A stretch of DNA of 6,914 nucleotides from the IMG/VR virus record IMGVR_UViG_3300029234_000076; one strand, given 5' to 3'. Origin of the DNA: a virus (lineage: Duplodnaviria > Heunggongvirae > Uroviricota > Caudoviricetes). Below, one piece after another: positions 1 to 6,299 of the stretch (position 1 is its first letter; the number at the start of each line of letters is the position of its first letter). The notes beneath the pieces are model-generated. The model ran no database searches and was not told the DNA's origin. It saw nothing but the letters and a program-made list of their open reading frames with translations. Position numbers and translations under genes: made by a program.

Positions 1-292
1 TCCTGTTTACCTCTTTCTCAGGAAGTTTAGTCTCCAGGATTCCCGGGGCGGTTCATTTACCACTGGCTTTCCACATATCAGTGAGGCAGATCATGCCATC
101 TTCACCGATACGAATTGGTTAATTGAAGAGGGTTAATGATTTCATAGCGTGTACCTACTCTTTGAAATGAACCTTTGCCGCACAGGAAACCAGCCCACCG
201 AGGCTCGCCAGCACTAACTGGTATCCTCAAAGGCCCATTCCAAAGGGGCAGGTTCGGTGTAAAAAACATGCGTTGCGGTACGCATTTATTGC

Positions 293-314
293 AAAAAGCC
301 CCGCATCGCGAGGC
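293..314 (-). terminator. Putative intrinsic terminator downstream of Rz/Rz1 (end of lysis cassette)
   Basis: On the minus strand, a GC-rich hairpin (plus 298-304 gccccgc, loop atc, 308-314 gcgaggc; one G-U wobble) is immediately followed by UUUUU (plus 293-297 aaaaa). It lies about 35-55 nt downstream of the Rz stop at 347-349. Confidence 0.35.
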
Positions 315-346
315 TCATTAAATGGACTTTGTGATTTGCAAAAAAA

Positions 347-805
347 TTATTTCAGGCATTGCGTCCTGATGTATTCCTGCAGGTAGTTAACCTGCGCGGT
401 TATCTTGTCGATTCCACTTCGGAGACGGTAATAATTGAGTTCAGCATCTGCTGTAAGTCCTGGGCTTTCTCCATCGCCCATGCCGCTGGCTCCGGTCGTT
501 GACTTTGCACAGGTGGCGGCGACTTGCAGGCGCTTACGCCCAGCAGAAACATCAGCACGGAGACTTTCGATAGTCGCGTTAGCATCAGCAAGCTCCTTTG
601 TGTATCTTGCATCGAGTTCTGCTACATCACGTTGACGCTTCCGCATGTCAGCGATGGTGGCGTTCGCCTTCTCCAGTTCTCTGACATTTTTGTCGCGCTG
701 GGCTTTGTAGGTAATGGCGTTATCACGGTAATGATTAACAGCCCATGACAGGCAGACGATGATGCAGATAACCAGAGCGGAGATAATCGCGGTTACTCTG
801 CTCAT
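347..805 (-). CDS. Rz: Rz i-spanin (inner-membrane spanin subunit), lambda Rz-like
   Basis: The translation [40 protein letters not shown]... matches the lambda Rz N-terminus as I recall it, with an N-terminal TM helix and a C-terminal region ending QCLK. The ATG at 803-805 overlaps the endolysin TGA stop (802-804) as ATGA; the listed ORF start at 817 is four codons upstream and less likely. Confidence 0.85.
   Translation of the reverse strand: MSRVTAIISALVICIIVCLSWAVNHYRDNAITYKAQRDKNVRELEKANATIADMRKRQRDVAELDARYTKELADANATIESLRADVSAGRKRLQVAATCAKSTTGASGMGDGESPGLTADAELNYYRLRSGIDKITAQVNYLQEYIRTQCLK
400..585 (-). CDS. Rz1: Rz1 o-spanin (outer-membrane lipoprotein), embedded in Rz in the +1 frame
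   Basis: The ORF lies wholly inside Rz in another frame. An internal Met at 583-585 is preceded by AAGGAG with a 7-nt spacer. The product [33 protein letters not shown]... has a lipoprotein signal peptide with a lipobox (VSAC) and a proline-rich mature part, typical of Rz1. Confidence 0.75.
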   Translation of the reverse strand: MLTRLSKVSVLMFLLGVSACKSPPPVQSQRPEPAAWAMEKAQDLQQMLNSIITVSEVESTR

Positions 806-1299
806 TGTTTCCCCCACAAACAGACTTCACGCTCAATCTCACGGCGAGTCATCAGTCCTTTCCATTGATTACCGCCAGCGTATGTCCAGCGCCGTAGCTG
901 ATCACATGCGCCTTTGATATCGCCCTGGTTTATTTTGCGAAGAAGCGTCGATGTTCTGAAATTGCCAGCACCCACGTTGTAAACGAATGAGTAAAGAGCG
1001 CCGCGCGTTGTTTCCGGTATATCGACTTCGATGTACGGGTTAATTTGTCTGGCGACAGTGGCAAGGTCTTTATTCAAGAGTGCTTTGCATTCTGCTTTGG
1101 TATACGTTTTACCGAGCATGATGTCTTTTCCTGTATGCCCGTGACATACAGTCCATACACCAACAATATCTTTATATGGTATGTAGCTGACACCTTCCAG
1201 ACCATCGTCACCACTCGGACCAGTGATGAGCACAGACGCTATGGCAACAGCCCCACCACCAATAGCAGCTGCTACAGCCTTGCGTAATGATGGCGACAT
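802..1299 (-). CDS. R: SAR endolysin (phage 21 R-type lysozyme, T4-lysozyme-like muramidase)
   Basis: 165 aa. The N-terminus [20 protein letters not shown] is a Gly/Ala-rich signal-anchor-release segment, followed by [25 protein letters not shown] (lysozyme catalytic region). It is near-identical to P21 R / DLP12 RrrD as recalled. Its start shares one nt with the S stop. Confidence 0.9.
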   Translation of the reverse strand: MSPSLRKAVAAAIGGGAVAIASVLITGPSGDDGLEGVSYIPYKDIVGVWTVCHGHTGKDIMLGKTYTKAECKALLNKDLATVARQINPYIEVDIPETTRGALYSFVYNVGAGNFRTSTLLRKINQGDIKGACDQLRRWTYAGGNQWKGLMTRREIEREVCLWGKQ

Positions 1300-1514
1300 T
1301 ATTCACCTCTCGCAGCCTTACGCTTATCTTCTTTAATCTTGAAATAAAGGTTTGTCAGGTACGTCAGCAGGCCAAATACCAGGCTACCCAGCACTCCAAT
1401 TGCCGCCCACTGTGAGGGCGTGACTTTATCTAGCAGCTGTAAAAACCAGTACCCGGCACTACCTGCTGAGGTGCCATAGGCGACACCCGTTGTTAACTTA
1501 TCCATGGATTTCAT
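1299..1514 (-). CDS. S: Pinholin (phage 21 S21-type class II holin) with dual-start motif
   Basis: 71 aa, MKSMDK... (Met1 and Met4 dual start, antiholin/holin), with two TM segments (TMD1 Gly/Ala-rich SAR-like, TMD2 [18 protein letters not shown]) and a charged C-terminus [13 protein letters not shown]. Strong SD GAGGTGG upstream of the ATG at 1512-1514. Confidence 0.9.
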
Positions 1515-1625
1515 AACCCCACCTCGCAGACAAAGCGGGTGTAAATTGAGGGAATACTACGAAACGTAACAGACTCGAAGTCAGTGAATAACTCAGGTAT
1601 TGGGTTATCAGCTAATATCGAGACT

Positions 1626-1659
1626 CAAAAAATGGAAAAACCCGCTCGACGGCGGGTTT
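1626..1659 (-). terminator. Putative intrinsic terminator on the late-gene strand about 110 nt upstream of S (tR'-like candidate)
   Basis: On the minus strand: stem aaacccgc / gcgggttt (plus 1652-1659 and 1638-1645) with a 6-nt loop, followed by UUCCAUUUUUU. The position relative to S parallels lambda tR' upstream of S. Confidence 0.35.
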
Positions 1660-1699
1660 AAGCTGTGTGACGAAGTAACCACTCTTAACAGCATAACCA

Positions 1700-2087
1700 A
1701 TTTTTTACGTACGTAAACCACTAAATGATATTTGCGAGAATGCTACCGAGTATTGAAAACACCACTACAAATACATAAGCAAATCTCAACAAATAACCAA
1801 CAAATAATTTCCAGTGTTATTTTTAGCCGATTTAAATTGAACCTTCAAATTATAGAGCACTTATAAATAACAACCGTTAGTATAAATTGGCTAATAGATT
1901 TATTTTTATTCAGCCAAGAGCTATGAATAGGATTCGATAGAAAAAAGTTCAGATAAAAATAGAGATCTACTTCACAAATCAAACGAGAAACCAAAACTTA
2001 CATCTTGAAATAATCACATTGATTAGATGAATATTTATCGCGCAGTGACATCATTTTTTAATAATAGTTCAAAAAAAAGGGCTCACG
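1700..2087 (+). promoter_or_regulatory. AT-rich upstream regulatory region and promoter of the porin gene (exact -35/-10 not resolved)
   Basis: About 390 bp, very AT-rich, with no ORF of meaningful size, immediately upstream of the porin ATG. SD AAGGG lies 7 nt before the ATG at 2088. It contains an OmpR-box-like sequence at 1996-2021 (see findings). Confidence 0.4.
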
Positions 2088-3170
2088 ATGAAAAAATTAA
2101 CAGTGGCAATTTCTGCTGTAGCTGCATCAGTACTGATGGCGATGTCTGCTCAGGCAGCTGAAATTTATAATAAAGACAGTAACAAGCTGGATCTGTACGG
2201 GAAAGTTAATGCTAAGCACTACTTCTCCTCTAATGATGCAGATGATGGTGATACTACTTATGCCCGTCTTGGCTTCAAAGGTGAAACCCAAATCAACGAT
2301 CAACTGACTGGTTTCGGTCAGTGGGAATATGAATTCAAAGGCAACCGCGCTGAATCTCAAGGTTCTTCCAAAGACAAAACCCGTCTTGCATTTGCAGGCC
2401 TGAAATTTGGTGATTACGGCTCAATCGATTACGGCCGTAACTACGGTGTAGCATACGACATCGGTGCGTGGACTGACGTCCTGCCAGAATTCGGTGGTGA
2501 TACCTGGACCCAAACAGATGTGTTCATGACTGGTCGCACTACTGGTGTTGCAACTTATCGTAACAACGACTTCTTTGGTCTGGTCGATGGCCTGAACTTT
2601 GCTGCTCAGTATCAGGGTAAAAATGACCGCACTGACGTAACTGAAGCCAATGGTGATGGTTTCGGTTTCTCCACTACTTATGAGTATGAAGGATTCGGCG
2701 TGGGTGCAACCTATGCTAAATCAGATCGCACTGACGGTCAGGTCGCCTATGGTAAGAGCAAATTCAATGCCTCCGGCAAAAATGCGGAAGTATGGGCTGC
2801 AGGCCTGAAATATGATGCGAACAATATCTATCTGGCTACCACATATTCTGAAACTCAGAATATGACCGTTTTTGGTAATAACCATATTGCAAACAAAGCA
2901 CAAAACTTTGAAGCAGTAGCACAATATCAGTTTGACTTCGGTCTGCGCCCATCTGTTGCTTACCTTCAGTCAAAAGGTAAAGACCTTGGTGTTCATGGTG
3001 ACCGAGACTTAGTCAAGTATGTCGATGTCGGTGCTACTTACTACTTTAATAAAAACATGTCCACTTTTGTTGATTACAAAATCAACTTAATTGACGATAG
3101 TAAGTTTACCAAAACAGCTGGTATTGATACTGATGACATCGTTGCTGTAGGTCTGGTTTACCAGTTCTAA
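2088..3170 (+). CDS. nmpC: General bacterial porin, OmpC/OmpF/PhoE family; prophage-borne NmpC/Lc/OmpD-type
   Basis: 360 aa. Signal peptide [23 protein letters not shown]|AEIYNK, conserved porin motifs ([60 protein letters not shown]-terminal VGLVYQF). Oriented opposite to the flanking phage genes and visibly lower in GC than its neighbours. Confidence 0.9.
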   Translation: MKKLTVAISAVAASVLMAMSAQAAEIYNKDSNKLDLYGKVNAKHYFSSNDADDGDTTYARLGFKGETQINDQLTGFGQWEYEFKGNRAESQGSSKDKTRLAFAGLKFGDYGSIDYGRNYGVAYDIGAWTDVLPEFGGDTWTQTDVFMTGRTTGVATYRNNDFFGLVDGLNFAAQYQGKNDRTDVTEANGDGFGFSTTYEYEGFGVGATYAKSDRTDGQVAYGKSKFNASGKNAEVWAAGLKYDANNIYLATTYSETQNMTVFGNNHIANKAQNFEAVAQYQFDFGLRPSVAYLQSKGKDLGVHGDRDLVKYVDVGATYYFNKNMSTFVDYKINLIDDSKFTKTAGIDTDDIVAVGLVYQF

Positions 3171-3332
3171 TCTGATTACGAAAAAGATATGTTGCGGGAG
3201 GCGTTGCCTCCCCAACATATAAGTGGCTCCCTCAAGCCACTTCCTTTAGAAGCACAACCTTGCTTCTAACTATATAAACCTTCTGTTATATATTACCCTT
3301 TATTTTTGGGGGCGTCTCAACGCCCCATTTTT
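3171..3332 (+). ncRNA. ipeX: Structured 3' UTR of the porin gene, IpeX-like sRNA element
   Basis: Four consecutive stem-loops directly after the porin stop: 3187-3220 (15-bp stem with one bulged C), 3221-3242 (8-bp stem), 3246-3269 (9-bp stem), and 3308-3326 followed by a U-tract. This matches the published description of ipeX as lying in the untranslated region between the nmpC/lc stop codon and its rho-independent terminator. Exact 5' end unknown. Confidence 0.5.
3308..3332 (+). terminator. Rho-independent terminator of the porin / IpeX-like transcript
   Basis: Stem ggggcg (3309-3314) / cgcccc (3321-3326), loop tctcaa, followed by auuuuu (3327-3332). The U-tract is on the plus strand only. 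Confidence 0.7.
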
Positions 3333-3359
3333 AATAATTTTTAGTAAACAATTGGCATA

Positions 3360-3743
3360 TTAATTAGAGTTATTAACAACGATATCCATCTCTAACCAGA
3401 TATCTAATGCCATTAACATCCCTTCAATTATGCCCTCAGCTTTTTGTAACCTTTTCCCGATATAACCATCAGAGCAGCAATGCTTACCTGCCAGTGACAT
3501 GAATGTCATACCGACTACATAATAATCTACTAATAAATCGTGCAAATCGCTGTTGTTCTTTTTCAGACGGGCCATGCACCCGCAAATGATCATCGCGTCA
3601 TCGTCACAACATTGCGGGCGAGATTTTACTTTTGAAGGAATTAATCCCTTAAAACCGGCGGCAATGGACGACCAGGTCACATCTTCATGATTATTAGCCG
3701 CCCACGCTCCCCAACGCTCAAGAACCATCTGAATATCACGCAT
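3360..3743 (-). CDS. Q: Late-gene antiterminator Q (phage 21/82-type, QuuD-like)
   Basis: 127 aa from the ATG at 3741-3743: [24 protein letters not shown]...[16 protein letters not shown]...HCCSDGY, with Cys clusters consistent with the zinc-binding Q family. It sits in the classical position upstream of the lysis genes. The ORF-track start at 3758 is a TTG five codons upstream; the ATG is preferred. Confidence 0.85.
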   Translation of the reverse strand: MRDIQMVLERWGAWAANNHEDVTWSSIAAGFKGLIPSKVKSRPQCCDDDAMIICGCMARLKKNNSDLHDLLVDYYVVGMTFMSLAGKHCCSDGYIGKRLQKAEGIIEGMLMALDIWLEMDIVVNNSN

Positions 3744-3760
3744 CAACTTTCTCCACAAAA

Positions 3761-4756
3761 TCAGGCCAGCACACCAATCGTCAGCGCACGATCGATAAAA
3801 CGAAATATCAGCTCCAGCTGGGAGCCATACTTCTCTTCGAATGCCACATTATCCGCATGCAGCTCGTCGTGATGCTTTCTGCACAAAGGCAACACAAAGA
3901 GGTCATGCGCTTTTGTCCCCATTCCACCCTGACCGTGGCCTATCAGGTGGTGGGGATCATCAGCAGGTTTTCCACAACATGCGCACGGCTGCGTCTTAAC
4001 CCATCGCGTGTACTTTTCATTAACCCAGCGGCGACGTTTTGGGCGTAACATAAAAGAGTCCGGCGACTCCGGATCCACTTTCAGCGCCAGCACCTTTTTC
4101 GCTTTATCCTGGATGATGCTGGTGGCAGGAACCGAAGGCACCAGGTCACTTTCCCGGGTGACAGACGGCACAACAGGCTTCGGTAATCTCAGTGCCTTAC
4201 GGGCTGCACTTTCCGGTAAGGCATCCGCCAGATCATTACGAATCAGCCACCAGCACAGTTCCGGCATTGTCACAACGTGACTGTCATCAAAACCGAGATC
4301 CCGACGCACAACAGACAACACCCAGCGGGCACAGTTATCCGTTGCCATTGATTCCAGCCGTTCCGTGAACTGATCGCGCAGTTGGTTATCGCAGTGCCAG
4401 CACAGACGGATTGCGCCCGGCGCGTGTCGCATTGTGGTCATGTTCTCGCTGTGCCAGTCGGAATGAGGCCACTGGCAGCCTTTTTCACGAAGTAACCAGC
4501 TTTCAAGACATTCCACGCCACCAGCACGACGGATCACTGCCTCATTGCGGAACACGGCCCGAACGGCAGGATCATCCGCCAGCGGTTGTGATGCAGCCGG
4601 AACGGCACCACTGGCAAAAGATGAATAACGTTCCGGCTCAGGCTCCAGCAGGACACGCCCCTGCATAAACAGGGGCATCAGCTCTGAACCTGGCCTGAAC
4701 AATACGATCCCCATACGCGGGGCAATTTCAGGGGTCAGTAGTGCTCTCACGGTCAC
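3761..4756 (-). CDS. DUF968-like prophage protein (Qin YdfU-type) with C-terminal HNH-like Cys/His motif
   Basis: 331 aa. The C-terminal region [43 protein letters not shown] has a C-x2-C...HH...CxxHH arrangement reminiscent of HNH/zinc-ribbon nucleases. The start is GTG at 4754-4756 (or GTG at 4748-4750), one nt after the upstream gene's stop, suggesting translational coupling. Family assignment is from memory. Confidence 0.7.
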   Translation of the reverse strand: MTVRALLTPEIAPRMGIVLFRPGSELMPLFMQGRVLLEPEPERYSSFASGAVPAASQPLADDPAVRAVFRNEAVIRRAGGVECLESWLLREKGCQWPHSDWHSENMTTMRHAPGAIRLCWHCDNQLRDQFTERLESMATDNCARWVLSVVRRDLGFDDSHVVTMPELCWWLIRNDLADALPESAARKALRLPKPVVPSVTRESDLVPSVPATSIIQDKAKKVLALKVDPESPDSFMLRPKRRRWVNEKYTRWVKTQPCACCGKPADDPHHLIGHGQGGMGTKAHDLFVLPLCRKHHDELHADNVAFEEKYGSQLELIFRFIDRALTIGVLA

Positions 4757-4757
4757 C

Positions 4758-5567
4758 TCAATGAACGGTATCGAGCAGCTTTAACAGCTCAGGGAATCGG
4801 GATTCGAAGAAATGCGGCTGCGTCTCGCGCGGATTTGCGGGACTGGTGATGTTCTTGCCGAACATGCAGCCTTTCGCTGTCAGCGACCAGAATTTTTTGA
4901 TGTTGTTAATCGCGGTACGGCTGTATCGTTCGCGTTGTTCAACGATCCCCAGCTTCGCCATCTGGTGATATGCCTGATTAGCCGTCAGGCGGATACCATA
5001 CTGCTTCAGCAGTGCACTCAGCGACAGCGTGGGGCGGCTTGAGCCATCAGGCGCGTCAGCAGGTGCATCAATGGCATAGCGCGGTGCCAGATTCGGTAAG
5101 CCAACAGCCTCCTGGAGTTTCTGACAGGCCCCAAGCACAGATGAGTTAGACAGATTTAACTCCCGGCGCATAAAGTCCAGCAGAATCACGCCAGCCTGCA
5201 TCTTGTCAGCAGCCTGTCCGGATAACTTTTCCGGCGCGCTGGTTACCATATCGAAAGTACGGATCACCTTCAGATGGAATGACGGGCTGATCCACATTGC
5301 ATAGGCATACACCAGTTCCTTACAGACATACGTTCCCCGTTCATTTCCCCCATGAATCACGCTCACCGGGTCAACACCCAAATTCTGGGTGTTGGTTAAT
5401 TCATGAACAAGCTCAACAGTTTGTTGGCTGGAAAGAAACTTTCCTGGCTCCTTGGTTCTGGCATTTGCACCAGATGCTACTGCTGCGCGATGCAGATCGT
5501 TCAGGCTGTAACGCCCATAAGCATCACGACGAACTTCAATACCATCAATGACCATCAGATTATTCAT
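4758..5567 (-). CDS. KilA-N domain protein with C-terminal ANT/KilA-C-like region (putative antirepressor)
   Basis: 269 aa. N-terminal MVIDGIEVRRDAYGRYSLNDLHRAAVASG...ERGTYVCKELVYAYAMWISPSFHLKVIRTFD fits KilA-N. The C-terminal part (LLKQYGIRLTANQAYHQMAKLGIV...KKFWSLTAKG) resembles the ANT/KilA-C DNA-binding module. Strong SD AGAGGAG upstream of the ATG at 5565-5567. Confidence 0.8.
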   Translation of the reverse strand: MNNLMVIDGIEVRRDAYGRYSLNDLHRAAVASGANARTKEPGKFLSSQQTVELVHELTNTQNLGVDPVSVIHGGNERGTYVCKELVYAYAMWISPSFHLKVIRTFDMVTSAPEKLSGQAADKMQAGVILLDFMRRELNLSNSSVLGACQKLQEAVGLPNLAPRYAIDAPADAPDGSSRPTLSLSALLKQYGIRLTANQAYHQMAKLGIVEQRERYSRTAINNIKKFWSLTAKGCMFGKNITSPANPRETQPHFFESRFPELLKLLDTVH

Positions 5568-5586
5568 ACTTCGTTTCTCCTCTTAA

Positions 5587-5976
5587 TCAGGCAGCTGCAC
5601 CCGCCGTTTTCTCGTACTTACTGATAGTGATCTCGACCTTCCCTTCCGGGATAACCGGTCCCCACTCCACCAGCATTCTTTTCACCTGACTGTCGTCTTC
5701 CCACACCCCCGCGTGGGTCAGGGCGTCAAACAGCGCCTTGTTATAGTTGTCCAGATCGCGGATCCTGTTATCCGGAGGAAACAACACGATCTCCACTGAA
5801 GCAGGTGCCGACGTTGGTTTCGGCAGACGACGTAACTGCTCAACTATTGCTGCGCACGCCGCGCTCTGGAATTTTCGCCCCGCCGCGCTTATCAGGCTCT
5901 TACCAGCAAACGCCCCTTTGTTGGGGTGTCGCCAGTACGTGTTCACGCTGGGCGGAAAAGGCAGGATCAGCTTCAT
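5587..5976 (-). CDS. rusA: RusA-family Holliday junction resolvase
   Basis: 129 aa. The motif pattern LPFPPSVNTYWRH...RDLDNYNKALFDALTHAGVWEDDSQV parallels E. coli RusA (LPWPPSNNRYYRH...[26 protein letters not shown]). The start ATG overlaps the upstream gene's TGA (ATGA at 5973-5976). Confidence 0.85.
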   Translation of the reverse strand: MKLILPFPPSVNTYWRHPNKGAFAGKSLISAAGRKFQSAACAAIVEQLRRLPKPTSAPASVEIVLFPPDNRIRDLDNYNKALFDALTHAGVWEDDSQVKRMLVEWGPVIPEGKVEITISKYEKTAGAAA

Positions 5977-6299
5977 ACTTTCAGGCCCCTCTCATGTAAC
6001 CAGTGGGCTGCACGCAGCCTTGCGTTTTCCTCACCGGCAAGCAGTGAGCGGATAATCCCGACCGCCTCGCTGTCGTCGTCCTTCACCGCGGTATGAAGCG
6101 TGATGCCCCGGGCCACGCCACGCTTTATCGTGATGACGCCTTTTTTCTCCAGTGCGCGAAGATGCTCCACCGCTGCATTCACTGAACGGTATCCCAGCAT
6201 GGTTGCCACCTCCTGATTGGTTGGCGGGAAGCCACGTTCTTTCTGATAAGAAATCAGCATATCCAGCACCTGCTGCTGGCATTGAGTTAACGTCGTCAT
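5973..6299 (-). CDS. LexA N-terminal DNA-binding-domain-only protein (no S24 peptidase domain)
   Basis: 108 aa. Residues 1-68 align by eye with the E. coli LexA N-terminus at roughly half of positions, including the recognition-helix region (RSVNAAVEHLRAL versus LexA RSPNAAEEHLKAL) and the GxxRGI wing. The remaining ~40 aa show no peptidase S24 motifs. ATGA overlaps at both ends (6296-6299 and 5973-5976). Confidence 0.7.
   Translation of the reverse strand: MTTLTQCQQQVLDMLISYQKERGFPPTNQEVATMLGYRSVNAAVEHLRALEKKGVITIKRGVARGITLHTAVKDDDSEAVGIIRSLLAGEENARLRAAHWLHERGLKV

Noticed and set aside
1131-1151. 21-bp inverted repeat ctgtatg-N7-catacag, considered as a LexA/SOS box
   Set aside because: Spacing is CTGT-N13-ACAG rather than CTGT-N8-ACAG, and it lies inside the endolysin coding sequence where it encodes CHGHT; most likely a coding coincidence.
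1700-2087. Small protein-coding gene or divergent micF-like sRNA in the AT-rich region upstream of the porin
   Set aside because: Only very short ORFs (17 codons or fewer, or overlapping the porin start out of frame) without convincing SDs. No structured element with a terminator was seen apart from the hairpin at 1638-1659. Insufficient evidence.
2127-2924. Two minus-strand ORFs (2127-2360, 2721-2924) inside the porin gene
   Set aside because: Antisense to a strongly supported porin CDS; the translations are hydrophobic, low-complexity and without motifs.
3290-3359. Late promoter pR' immediately downstream of Q (candidate -35 TTGAGA / -10 TAATAT on the minus strand)
   Set aside because: The spacer is about 19 bp and the -35 candidate sits in the loop of the porin terminator hairpin. 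Too weak to call a promoter from sequence alone.
3744-3758. Upstream TTG as the Q start (ORF track begins MWRKL)
   Set aside because: The ATG at 3741-3743 gives the canonical MRDIQ N-terminus and has a GGAG upstream; the TTG extension is probably an ORF-caller artefact.
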